This document shows, piece by piece, positions 38,309 through 47,620 of a stretch of DNA of 64,000 nucleotides. The stretch is from an uncultured Gammaproteobacteria bacterium (GTDB lineage: Bacteria > Patescibacteriota > Patescibacteriia > UBA9934 > GWF2-40-263): contig CAYNRK010000003.1 of assembly GCA_964399675.1 (NCBI GenBank), positions 73,033-137,032 of the forward strand. The letters are read 5' to 3'. Below the pieces are notes generated by a model. That model did not search any database. It was not told where the DNA came from and saw only the letters and a list, made by a program, of their open reading frames with translations. The translations under genes and the position numbers were made by a program. Positions within the stretch are counted from its first letter, which is position 1; each line of letters begins with the position of its first letter.

Positions 38309-40328
38309 GCGGGGATTTTTTTGCCAAAAAGAAAAGTAGGGCCCTCTTCGATTCGCACCGAAGGGGGCCCAGAAGGACGCCAGAGTAACAGTGGGTGACC
38401 GCCCGAAGGTGGCCACAGCTTCGCCAGTGTTAGCGTCCGAGTTGTTCCGACGCTGGAGCAAGGTGTCGCGTTCGAGCAAGGCTCGCACGGACACACAGGC
38501 TCCATGTCTCTTCTTGGCTGAGTGGTCGGTTCTTACACCTACCTCTCTTGATGATCGGTTGCTTCTTGTGGTCCGTGGGAGGACCTTGCAGGAACTTTCG
38601 CCGTGAAGCTAGGTTCCACATCCAATCTCCAACTGTCTCGAAGACCTTCTGTATCATCCCCGAAGGAATGACCTTACTTTTTCTCATGTCTGGCCCGAAG
38701 ACCAAGTTAGCTTTCCCCCGAAGAGTACTTGCATCATGATACTTTTTCAGTACAGCCGAAGCTGCATCAGAAGAGGAACGACAACGATTTTCGACCGTTA
38801 TTTATTATCCCTTTGTTTCCTTGGGGATCTTTCGTTGGTTACTCGCTGTGCAACCTTTACGAAAGTGGTCTATCCATTGCTGGATTTCGTTACCTTTTGG
38901 AAGCTCTTTTGGTCGAAACCTCTGGAACTCCCTCACCTTACTTTGGCCGAAGCCGTTTCTGGTTTTTTAGCTCCCCATGCCTGGGTTGCTCAGATCTTTC
39001 GACCTGTTGAGTAATCTGTGACTGATTGATGGATCAGCCATTACTCTTAACGATTTTCAACCGCTATTTATTATCCCGTTGTTTCCATTGGGATCTTTCG
39101 TGGTTATGTCGAGCAAGCTCTAGTAACCTTACGAAAGTTGGTTTATCCTTCGTTTGATTGCTCAAACGTTAGGATTCTCGTTACTTTTTTGGTTGCCCTT
39201 TGGTCTCCCTCTAGGCTTCCTCACCATTTCAGCCGAAGCTTACTTTGGATTTTTGGTCCACATTTGACTACCCGGAGGTCTTCAATTGCTTTCCAAGGTG
39301 TTTCCACCTTTGATCAACACTGGTGTTGGTTTTTAATCAACACCCATCCTGCTTTCCCACAGCTTGTTTCCTGCAAGTCTTTGCTTCCTGTGCCCAGGTA
39401 AGCTTGACTTACTTGTTTCTTGGCTGCTTTCTACAGAATGACTCTGCTTTGGGTGTGGCTTTTGTTTTCCCGCTCGTTTTCTCCGCGTTTCCTTGGAGAC
39501 TCGGTTGCTTGTTTTCCATTTCCGCACTTTGGCAGAGTTTTTGGATCGGTTTACCCGTTCCTTTTTGTTTGCATTAAGGCCTTCCCCGCTATTCCCACCG
39601 AAGTGGTTTTCATCACGGAATCGTTTCATCAGGATTGCTCCCGAATCACTGCCTTTCATGCAATGTATTCCTTGTAGTCCTTTGTTTCCCGTCCGGTTAC
39701 CCCTCTGTCTCCAGTGAGGTTCGTTACTTGTTTCCACTTAGAACTACTTGGTTTTTTGGACCGGTTTACCCGCTCCTCTTCGTTTCCTTCGGATTGTATT
39801 CCCGAGCTTATTTCCGCAACACACGTGCTGTGGCTTTGGGCTCTTGTATTCTCTCCGTGTACTTACGAAGACGTGCTGATCTGGTCTGACCAGGCTCCCA
39901 GGGCAGTTGATTACTCTGTCGGCCTTGTCGCACGTGATGTCCAGATTAAACTAAGAAGTATTTCCTGTCAAGCCCCCCGGAATGACTAGTTTTTGATAAA
40001 AGACGTTGGTTATCCACAGAGGTGAGGATGGGATTGGTGGATAAGCATGGATGTTACCGGGAAGGACTGTCCCGGTAACACCTAAATTTTTGGAAAAGAA
40101 AGCGGATCCAGTCTTGGATCCGAGAAGAAGGGTGTTGGTGAAGGCGACAAGGAAGAGGTGCCGCGGTGTTGCGGGCTCTTGTTTCACTGCCCCAGGCCAG
40201 CAGGGCAGTTGTCGTTCGGAGGTAGAAGTCGTGGGGCGGCACCTCTTCCCGTCGCACCTCACCGCGACCAGCACCATGGGTGGTGGTGGTCAGATACGCC
40301 TTGAAGATACCGTTTTTCCCCGTTTTTG
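38309..40328 (-). other. 2.0 kb ORF-less, strand-biased insertion between prfA and prmC (candidate large structured ncRNA or tandem sRNA array)
   Basis: No protein-like ORF is present on either strand. The operon (minus) strand is purine-rich, with many gaaa, cgaaag and cttcgg motifs. There are roughly 266 bp tandem units at 38785 and 39051 and repeated cggtttacccg motifs. Confidence 0.4.
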
Positions 40329-41459
40329 TCAACCCTGCTCAACCTCAAGAAGTTGTTTCACCTCTTCTTCTTTCAATGCATTGATTATGTTGTCGATTGC
40401 GCCATCCATAATTTCAGGGATGTCGTGGAAGTTTGTTTTTATTCTGTGGTCTGTTACGCGATCTTGCGAAAAGTTATATGTACGGATTTTTTCTGAACGA
40501 TCACCGGTTCCGATTTGAACGCGACGTTTATCTTCACGTTCTTTGCGTGCTTTCTCTTGCTCATGCGCAAAAACACGTGCTCGTATGATCGAAAGCGCAC
40601 GTTCTTTATTTTGTTTTTGCGATCGTTCTTCTTGGCAGTAAACCATCATGCCAGTTGGAATGTGTGTGATTCTAACTGCAGAGTAGGTTGTATTTACGCT
40701 TTGACCACCAGCTCCGGTTGAAGTCGTTGCTTCAATCTTCAGGTCCTTTGGGTCGATTTTAATGTCTACTTCCTCAGCCTCTGGCATGATTGCAATTGTT
40801 ACGGTTGATGTGTGAACACGTCCTTGTTTTTCTGTTTCAGGCACGCGCTGAACACGATGCACCCCGCTTTCGTATTTTAGTTTTGCGTAAACCCCGGTTC
40901 CTTTTATTGAAAAAATGACTTCTTTAAAACCACCAAGATCGTTCCGATTGGCTGAAATTAGCTCTGTTTTGAAGTTATTGCGTTCGGCAAAGCGTGTGTA
41001 AAGCCGCATCATTTCAGCTGCAAACAAAGACGACTCATCACCGCCCGCTCCAGCGCGAATTTCAACAATGATTCCTTTTTTGTCCATTGGGTCTTGTGGA
41101 AGCAGGGCAACAAGTAGATTTTTTTCTAGTTCTGGAAGTTTGGTCTCAAGTTCTACAATTTCTTCTTTGGCAAGTGCTTTCAGGTCTGCGTCATCATCTT
41201 GGGCTAAGGCAAGCTTTGCGTTTTCAAGATTTTTTTTAGCTTGTTCATAAGCTGCGCCCACATCAACAATTTCTTTTATGTGCGCGTATGCTTCATTTAC
41301 TTTTCGGATTTTTTGCGGATCAGAAAGCACCTCGCTGTCTGTGAGTTTTGTTTCAAGACTTTTCAGTTCTTGTTTTTTATTTTGAACTTGTTCGAGTAGA
41401 TTCATATTTTTTTGGAAATTAAAAACGTCCTTCAACAGAAAGACGTTTTTGTTCAACAT
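40329..41459 (-). CDS. prfA: peptide chain release factor 1
   Basis: GGQ motif (GAGGQSVNTTYSAVRITHIPTG) and a PxT-type RF1 region. Confidence 0.92.
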   Translation of the reverse strand: MLNKNVFLLKDVFNFQKNMNLLEQVQNKKQELKSLETKLTDSEVLSDPQKIRKVNEAYAHIKEIVDVGAAYEQAKKNLENAKLALAQDDDADLKALAKEEIVELETKLPELEKNLLVALLPQDPMDKKGIIVEIRAGAGGDESSLFAAEMMRLYTRFAERNNFKTELISANRNDLGGFKEVIFSIKGTGVYAKLKYESGVHRVQRVPETEKQGRVHTSTVTIAIMPEAEEVDIKIDPKDLKIEATTSTGAGGQSVNTTYSAVRITHIPTGMMVYCQEERSQKQNKERALSIIRARVFAHEQEKARKEREDKRRVQIGTGDRSEKIRTYNFSQDRVTDHRIKTNFHDIPEIMDGAIDNIINALKEEEVKQLLEVEQG

Positions 41460-41756
41460 TTATTCGTCAACTTTTTTCATTTCAGCTTCAGCCTTTTCTT
41501 TCTTTTGCGCAGCACGCTTTACGCGCTTTGCTTTCTTTCCGGTTGTACCTTCGGTCTTCTTGGCAGCACGAGCTTCAAATTTTTCAACACGTCTTGCTGT
41601 ATCAATTATCTTTTGCTTTCCAGTATAGAACGGATGACAGTTTGCACAAAGCTCTACTGAGATTTCTTTTAAAGTTGAACCAACCTCATACACGCTTCCG
41701 CATGCACAGGTGATCTTGGCGTTTTCAAAATATTCTGGGTGAATGTCTTTTTTCAT
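41460..41756 (-). CDS. rpmE: 50S ribosomal protein L31 with lysine-rich C-terminal extension
   Basis: MKKDIHPEYFENAKITCACGSVYEVGST...CANCHPFYTGKQK. Confidence 0.85.
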   Translation of the reverse strand: MKKDIHPEYFENAKITCACGSVYEVGSTLKEISVELCANCHPFYTGKQKIIDTARRVEKFEARAAKKTEGTTGKKAKRVKRAAQKKEKAEAEMKKVDE

Positions 41757-41837
41757 ACGTTTTTCGCTGAGAGTGTAGCAAGACCGATAAGACTTGTCAA
41801 TATTTGAAAGATCGGTCATGATAGTAATGTTTGCGCT

Positions 41838-43001
41838 ATGTTAACACAAGATTTTGACTATTATTTACCACAAAATTTGATTGCCCAGCAATCAGTGGAG
41901 CCACGAGACAACTCGCGGCTTATGATTTTAGATCGACAAACAGGGAAAAGGGAACACAAAGTTTTTCATCAAATTATTGATGAATTGGTTTCTGGAGACG
42001 TTCTTGTGATGAATAACACAAAAGTTTTTCGCGCTCGTCTTAGAACAATTGATGGAATTGAGGTGTTTTTGGTTCGAGCAAGATCTGGAAAGGTTTGGGA
42101 AGTCCTTATTCGTCCCGGACGAAAAGTAAAAATTAATCAAACTATTGAAATCAGTTCCTCGAAAAATAAGAAGACTAATTTACGCCGATCGTCGGAAAAT
42201 AGTCTTCAGTCTTTGTTTGGTCAAGTTCTTGGGAAGCACTCGAATGGAATTGTGTTAGTGAGATTTGATCGCGCTGCTGAAGATGTTGTTGTGTTTGCAA
42301 ATGAACACGGTGAGATTCCGGTCCCTCCTTATGTTGAACATCAACCTGATCGACTTGAGGATTATCAAACAGTTTATGCCGAGCACACTGGTTCAGTTGC
42401 TGCGCCAACCGCTGGTTTTCATTTTACAAAAGAGTTGATTGAAAAGTTAAAACAAAAAGGTGTTCAGTTTGAGTTTGTAACTTTGCATGTTGGACTTGGA
42501 ACATTTAGACCAATGAAAACAGAAACTTTGGAAGAACATGAAATGCACGCAGAGTTTGTGTCAGTTGATAAAGAAACAGCACAGCGAATCAATCAAGCAA
42601 AACAAGAGGGCTGTCGTGTTATTGCTGTTGGTACAACAACAGTGCGGACGCTTGAGGGCGTTGCCCGTATATGTCATCTCGAGCTTGCCGAGAGATCTCG
42701 AATATGCGAGATCTCTCCGCTCGCGGAGCCTGCCCTGAGCGAACGAAGTGAGTCGAATGGGCTCGGTCGAGATGACAATATTTTGAGATCTTTTACAGGA
42801 GATGTAAATTTATTTATCAAACCCGGATTCGATTTCAAGGTGATAGATGGATTGATAACAAACTTTCATTTGCCAAAGTCGACTTTGTTGGTTTTAGTTT
42901 CAGCACTTGCTGGGAGGGAGAATATTTTAAAAGCTTACAAAGAAGCTGTTGAAAAGAAATATCGCTTTTATTCGTTTGGTGATGCGATGTTTATTAGATA
43001 G
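41838..43001 (+). CDS. queA: S-adenosylmethionine:tRNA ribosyltransferase-isomerase, carrying an in-frame MITE insertion
   Basis: N-terminal FDYYLPQNLIAQQSVEPRDNSRLMILDR, plus PPYVEH and GTFRP blocks. A 105 bp family-1 MITE at 42672-42777 adds ICHLELAERSRICEISPLAEPALSERSESNGLGRDDNIL. Confidence 0.85.
   Translation: MLTQDFDYYLPQNLIAQQSVEPRDNSRLMILDRQTGKREHKVFHQIIDELVSGDVLVMNNTKVFRARLRTIDGIEVFLVRARSGKVWEVLIRPGRKVKINQTIEISSSKNKKTNLRRSSENSLQSLFGQVLGKHSNGIVLVRFDRAAEDVVVFANEHGEIPVPPYVEHQPDRLEDYQTVYAEHTGSVAAPTAGFHFTKELIEKLKQKGVQFEFVTLHVGLGTFRPMKTETLEEHEMHAEFVSVDKETAQRINQAKQEGCRVIAVGTTTVRTLEGVARICHLELAERSRICEISPLAEPALSERSESNGLGRDDNILRSFTGDVNLFIKPGFDFKVIDGLITNFHLPKSTLLVLVSALAGRENILKAYKEAVEKKYRFYSFGDAMFIR
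42672..42777. mobile_element. family-1 MITE inserted in-frame within queA
   Basis: tgtcatctcgagcttgccgagagatctcgaatatgcgagatctctccgctcg...ggtcgagatgaca. Confidence 0.75.
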
Positions 43002-43158
43002 TTGACGTTTTTTAAAGATTTGTTTATACTTTCGCGCATAAATAACCAACAGGTGGATTAAAGAGTTTTGGCTCCTCCCATGTAAATGGGTCCAGAAATC
43101 TCCACCGAAGCTACCCCCCTTCGCCAATGGCTTCGGGGGATAAAAAAGGAAAAAAATT

Positions 43159-43902
43159 ATGCCTAAACTACCTTCTGTGGTTGACATGCTCAAAGCGGGC
43201 GTGCACTTTGGCCACCGGACTTCTCGCTGGCATCCAAAAATGGAGCGATTCATTTTTGGTGCTCGTGGTGGAATCCATATTATTGATTTGGAGGAAACAA
43301 ACAAACAGCTCGAGGACGCTCTTAGCACGCTAAAACGTGTTGCTGAAAAAGGTGGAATCATTATGTTTGTTGGAACTAAGAGTCAAGCGCGACCGATTGT
43401 AAAGAAATATGCTGAGGCTTGCGGCATGCCATATGTGAACGAACGATGGCTTGGTGGAACGCTGACGAATTTTAAACAAATCAAAGAATCACTTAAGCGA
43501 CTTAAAAAGCTTAAAGATCAACGTGACAAAGGCGAGCTTCGTAAGTACACAAAGAAAGAGCGATTGCTTATCAGTCGGGAAATTGAAGACATGGAACGAA
43601 AGCTTGGTGGAATTGAGAATCTAACACGTATTCCAGATGCACTTTTTGTTTTAGATGTTCGAAATGAAAAGACTGCGATTCAAGAAGCTAAGGTCGTGAA
43701 CAAAAAAGTTGTTGCCATTTGTGACACAAACGTTAATCCAAATCTTGTTGATAAAATCATTCCAGCAAACGACGATGCTGTGAAGTCAATCGAGCTTATT
43801 TGTAGTTTGGTGCACGATGCAATCAAAGAAGGAAAAGCTCATGCAGCAAAAGCTGCCAGTGTGACAAAACCATCTCAAGAAAAAACAAAAGAAACAAAAT
43901 AA
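43159..43902 (+). CDS. rpsB: 30S ribosomal protein S2
   Basis: MLKAGVHFGHRTSRWHPKM... Confidence 0.92.
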   Translation: MPKLPSVVDMLKAGVHFGHRTSRWHPKMERFIFGARGGIHIIDLEETNKQLEDALSTLKRVAEKGGIIMFVGTKSQARPIVKKYAEACGMPYVNERWLGGTLTNFKQIKESLKRLKKLKDQRDKGELRKYTKKERLLISREIEDMERKLGGIENLTRIPDALFVLDVRNEKTAIQEAKVVNKKVVAICDTNVNPNLVDKIIPANDDAVKSIELICSLVHDAIKEGKAHAAKAASVTKPSQEKTKETK

Positions 43903-43915
43903 TCAAATTTATATT

Positions 43916-44503
43916 ATGTCCATAGATGCAAAGCTTGTTACACAACTTCGCGCACAAACCGGTGCGGGAATGATGGATGCAAAAAACGCGCTTGCAGAAA
44001 CTGACGGTGATCTTGAAAAAGCTGCAGACGCGCTTCGAAAAAAAGGTTTGGCAAAGGCTGCTAAAAAAGCAGATCGCGAAACCAATGAAGGTCGAGTGCA
44101 CGCGTATATTCATTCAAATGGGAAACTCGGCACTTTGGTTGAAATTTCTTGTGAAACGGATTTTGTTGCGCGTAATGAATCGTTTATTGAGCTCTGTCAT
44201 GATATTGCCATGCACGTGTGCGCGTCTGAGCCTTTGTACTTGAGTAGAGATGATGTGCCAGAAGATGTGGTTGAAAAAGAGAAAAGTATTTATCTTGAAG
44301 GAATGCAAGAGCAATCTAAGCCAGAAGATGTGGTGCAGAAGATTGTGGAAGGAAAGATGAATAAGTGGTTTTCAGAAGTTGTGTTGCTTGAGCAACCGTT
44401 TGTCAAAGACGATTCAATGACAATTGAAGGATTGCTAAAAGCAAAAATCGCGTCAATTGGTGAGAACATGCAGATCAAGAGGTTCTGTAGGTTTAGTTTG
44501 TAA
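43916..44503 (+). CDS. tsf: elongation factor Ts
   Basis: LRAQTGAGMMDAKNALAETDGDLEKAADALRKKG. Confidence 0.9.
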   Translation: MSIDAKLVTQLRAQTGAGMMDAKNALAETDGDLEKAADALRKKGLAKAAKKADRETNEGRVHAYIHSNGKLGTLVEISCETDFVARNESFIELCHDIAMHVCASEPLYLSRDDVPEDVVEKEKSIYLEGMQEQSKPEDVVQKIVEGKMNKWFSEVVLLEQPFVKDDSMTIEGLLKAKIASIGENMQIKRFCRFSL

Positions 44504-44523
44504 GTTTTTTTCAAAATCATAAC

Positions 44524-44604
44524 CACCCCTAACCCCTCCTTGAAAAGGAGGGGAATTATGCAAATCGAAAGTCCCCCTTTTCAAGGGGGACTACAGGGGG
44601 TTAG
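44524..44604. mobile_element. palindromic element family 3 (one to two tandem copies) downstream of tsf
   Basis: cccctaacccctccttgaaaaggagggg ... gtcccccttttcaagggggactacagggggttag. Confidence 0.55.
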
Positions 44605-44606
44605 CA

Positions 44607-44637
44607 GAAAAATCCGCCATTAAGTGGCGGATTTTTT
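44607..44637 (+). terminator. intrinsic terminator of tsf
   Basis: aaaaatccgccattaagtggcggattttttt. Confidence 0.7.
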
Positions 44638-44671
44638 TAGTCTGCCCGCAGCTGAGCTGCGGGCAGACTAA

Positions 44672-44700
44672 TTGACATTTTTGGGATTTTGTAGTAATTT
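44672..44700 (+). promoter_or_regulatory. sigma70-type promoter of GC-rich gene D (TTGACA-N17-TAATTT)
   Basis: aTTGACAtttttgggattttgtagTAATTT, preceded by the hairpin tctgcccgcagctgagctgcgggcaga. Confidence 0.45.
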
Positions 44701-44801
44701 TTACGTCCTGTCAACACAAGGTTGACGCTGTACGCACGACAGTAAATTCGTGCACAAGTATCCAGACACTTCGGTGCCGCTAAGGATACGAAAGGATAGT
44801 C

Positions 44802-45584
44802 ATGGGACAGTTCGCTGTCAGCGATGGACAGAGACTCAAGGTCTTTGATCAATGTGTGGATCTGCAACGCCGCCTGAGAGAAGGTGGTCTGGATCCCGAA
44901 CTGATGAGCGTGGGTCTTCAGGCGCTTCTTACCGGGGTTGATCCAGAAGAGCTTGCAGCTGCTCGTGGCAAGCGCGAACAGCCTGCCAAGCGCAATCTCG
45001 CCGCGGAACGCCGTAACGAGATCACGGCGTTCTACCGCGGTCTCGGGTTTGACACGCTCGAGATCCCTGTGCCCACCATGGGCGGTAAGCGCGTTTCCAA
45101 CAATGAGTTCGGCCGTCGAGCCAAGGCTGGTCAGGCGCTCTTCTTTCGTCCGGCTACCTCACTCATTTCCTACAACAGGTTCATGACTGCTGTGGGTCAG
45201 ATGGATCATTGGACAGTACTCGATGAGGCCGAGTGCGAGAACATCGCCTGGGAGCCAACAGAGACTGGCTACTGGTTCTGGGCTGAGATCCAGGATTCCT
45301 GCCTCCGCGTGGGTACATCCTGGAACGATTTGACGGCCGAGCACAACCTCCTCTGCCTGGAGGAGTACATGATCGTCTGGCACGTCATGCGCGTGCTCGA
45401 GAGCATCATGATCGATTGTGAGACTTGGTCATGGCTACGCACTCGCTACCAGGCCGTTCCTGGCCCCAGTGCTCTCTACGCCCTCATGCATTACGATGAG
45501 GTGCATGTTGGCTGGAACAGGTCTAGGGGTCTCTCGCTTGGCCACCGCGAAACGGGTGGTCGTATCGCGGAAAAGCTCGTCTGA
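44802..45584 (+). CDS. GC-rich foreign ORF D, hypothetical protein (260 aa)
   Basis: Roughly 58% GC with an SD aAAGGAtagtcATG. The composition is protein-like (W/Y/H/E-rich C-terminal half). No family recognised. Confidence 0.55.
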   Translation: MGQFAVSDGQRLKVFDQCVDLQRRLREGGLDPELMSVGLQALLTGVDPEELAAARGKREQPAKRNLAAERRNEITAFYRGLGFDTLEIPVPTMGGKRVSNNEFGRRAKAGQALFFRPATSLISYNRFMTAVGQMDHWTVLDEAECENIAWEPTETGYWFWAEIQDSCLRVGTSWNDLTAEHNLLCLEEYMIVWHVMRVLESIMIDCETWSWLRTRYQAVPGPSALYALMHYDEVHVGWNRSRGLSLGHRETGGRIAEKLV

Positions 45585-45634
45585 GTTCGGTCAACTCTTC
45601 GCTCAGGCTAAAGCCTGGGGCTACCACAGCATCT

Positions 45635-45669
45635 GCCCGCTGAGTTTTGCTCGGCGGGTGTTTCTTTTT
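45635..45669 (+). terminator. intrinsic terminator of gene D (TGTTTCTTTTT tail)
   Basis: gcccgctgagttttgctcggcgggtgtttcttttt. Confidence 0.55.
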
Positions 45670-45708
45670 ATGATAAACTGTCTTTATCAATACTTATCTT
45701 TTTTCTTT

Positions 45709-46716
45709 ATGTTACGAGTTGCTATTAACGGATTTGGTCGAATTGGGCGCACGACTTTTCGCGCTGCAATTGACCGAAAAAAAATGAAGATTGTTGCAAT
45801 CAATGATCTTTCTGAACCAAAAATTTTGGCTCATTTATTAAAATACGATTCAGTGTTTCGAAAATGGGATCATGATGTAAAGGCTGACAAAAATAATTTG
45901 ATAATTGATGGAAAAAAGATTCCGGTTTACGCAGAAAAAGATCCTGCAAAACTTCCTTGGGCTGAGCATAAGATTGATGTGGTGATTGAGTCAACAGGAT
46001 TTTTTACAAAAAAAGCAGACGCAGCAAAGCATCAAAAAGCCGGGGCAAAAAAAGTTGTTATCTCAGCACCTTCAAAGGATGCACCAACATTTTTAATGGG
46101 TGTGAATCATAAGGTTTGCAAAAAGTTGAACAGTATTGTTAGTAATGCATCGTGCACAACAAACTCTGTAGCTCCGGTGGCACAAATCATGAAGGAAGCT
46201 TTTGGTGTGAAAAAAGGAATGCTTTCAACTATTCATTCAGTTACAGCACAGCAAAATATTGTTGATGGATTGCCTCACGGGAAAAAAGGAGATCTTCGTC
46301 GCGCTCGCGCAGGTTTTATAAACATTGTTCCAACAACAACCGGAGCTGCAAAAGCAACAACACAAGTTGTTAAGTCTTTGAAAGATAAATTTGATGGAAT
46401 CGCGATTCGCGTTCCAACCATTGATGTATCACTAACGGATTTTACTTTTGTAACACGCAAGAAAGCCACAGTTGAGAAAGTACAAAAAGCATTTAAAAAA
46501 GCTGCACGTTCAGCACGTTGGAAAAAAGTTTTAGCTGTTTCAAACGAACCTTTGGTCTCTTCAGACTTGATACATACTCCTTATGCCTCAATTGTTGATC
46601 TTGAAATGATTCGTGTGGTTGATGGAGATTTGGTGAAAGTTCTGGCTTGGTATGACAATGAATGGGGGTATTCGGTTATGTTACTTGATATGGTGGAACA
46701 TGTCGGTCGTCTTTGA
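45709..46716 (+). CDS. gap: glyceraldehyde-3-phosphate dehydrogenase
   Basis: MLRVAINGFGRIGR and the active-site SNASCTTN. The upstream extension to 45418 is read-through of non-coding and GC-island sequence. Confidence 0.9.
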   Translation: MLRVAINGFGRIGRTTFRAAIDRKKMKIVAINDLSEPKILAHLLKYDSVFRKWDHDVKADKNNLIIDGKKIPVYAEKDPAKLPWAEHKIDVVIESTGFFTKKADAAKHQKAGAKKVVISAPSKDAPTFLMGVNHKVCKKLNSIVSNASCTTNSVAPVAQIMKEAFGVKKGMLSTIHSVTAQQNIVDGLPHGKKGDLRRARAGFINIVPTTTGAAKATTQVVKSLKDKFDGIAIRVPTIDVSLTDFTFVTRKKATVEKVQKAFKKAARSARWKKVLAVSNEPLVSSDLIHTPYASIVDLEMIRVVDGDLVKVLAWYDNEWGYSVMLLDMVEHVGRL

Positions 46717-47602
46717 TTTAGTAATCCTCCTTTTTTTATCAGTGACTGGGGTTTTTATTCTCCATGTCAGCACTCATGCTGAGCATAGAAAAAAACATCC
46801 GGTCTTTTTGGTTGCAACAATTTTGTTAATCGCATGGATTGTTGTCTTTTACGGAAGTTTTATTGAACCAAAACGACTTGTGGTTTCAGAGCAAGTAGTT
46901 TCGGTTTCTGAGCAAGATGAGATATCACTTCGAGCGGTTGTTGTGGCAGACTTGCACGTTGGTCCGTATAAAAGGACTCGTTGGGCTCAGCATGTTGTTG
47001 ATCGTGTGATGAGTTTGGATCCAGAAATAATTTTCATTCCAGGTGATTTTATTTTTTCAGGCTCTGATGAAATTCAGTATCTAGATCCTCTTAAGGATTT
47101 GTCTGCTCCACACGGTGTGTTTGCGGTTACTGGAAATCATGACTATACAAAAAATGCAGACAGAAAAGTGATTGCTAAACTCGAGGAGCTTGGCATAACA
47201 GTTTTACAAAATGAGTCAAAGAAAATTAATGTTGCCGGGACTGAGATTTATATTGCTGGAATCAACGATCTTTGGAATGGAGCGAATGTATACAATGCAC
47301 TTCGAGATTTTTCAGATACTGATAATATAATTTTGCTTTCACATAATCCTGATGTTGTTATGTTCACAGCTTCAAAACGCGCGGATCTTGTGATTTCCGG
47401 TCACACGCACGGAGGGCAAATTCGTTTGCCTTTTATTGGACCGGTTCCCAACCTTCCAACCGAGCTTGGACGTGCATATGATCAAGGTTTATTTAATTAT
47501 GAGGAAATCCAGTTATTTATTACTTCTGGGGTGGCAGAAACAGGTGCTCGCGCTCGATTATTTAATCCACCGGAAATCAACATGTTGACGATTTCATTTT
47601 GA
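46700..47602 (+). CDS. membrane-anchored metallophosphoesterase (calcineurin-like)
   Basis: Motifs DLHVGP, GDFI, GNHD and GHTHGGQ. Confidence 0.75.
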   Translation: MSVVFDLVILLFLSVTGVFILHVSTHAEHRKKHPVFLVATILLIAWIVVFYGSFIEPKRLVVSEQVVSVSEQDEISLRAVVVADLHVGPYKRTRWAQHVVDRVMSLDPEIIFIPGDFIFSGSDEIQYLDPLKDLSAPHGVFAVTGNHDYTKNADRKVIAKLEELGITVLQNESKKINVAGTEIYIAGINDLWNGANVYNALRDFSDTDNIILLSHNPDVVMFTASKRADLVISGHTHGGQIRLPFIGPVPNLPTELGRAYDQGLFNYEEIQLFITSGVAETGARARLFNPPEINMLTISF

Positions 47603-47620
47603 TGATAGGATAGAGACAGT

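Noticed and set aside
40010-40046. oriC based on two inverted DnaA-box-like 9-mers (another at 59391)
   Set aside because: Only two boxes are present. There is no dnaA or dnaN nearby and no AT-rich unwinding element. Perfect 9-mers are expected about once by chance in 64 kb.
38309-40328. CRISPR array, rRNA fragment, group II intron or prophage remnant in the 2 kb ORF-less region
   Set aside because: There are no short regularly spaced repeats, and no rRNA signature sequences. No group II 5' GUGYG / domain V motif is present, and there are no phage-like ORFs. The repeat period is about 266 bp and degenerate.
45418-45708. N-terminal 97-aa extension of gap predicted by the ORF track
   Set aside because: The frame is simply open through the island D terminator and intergenic DNA. 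The canonical MLRVAINGFGRIGR start at 45709 is the real N-terminus.
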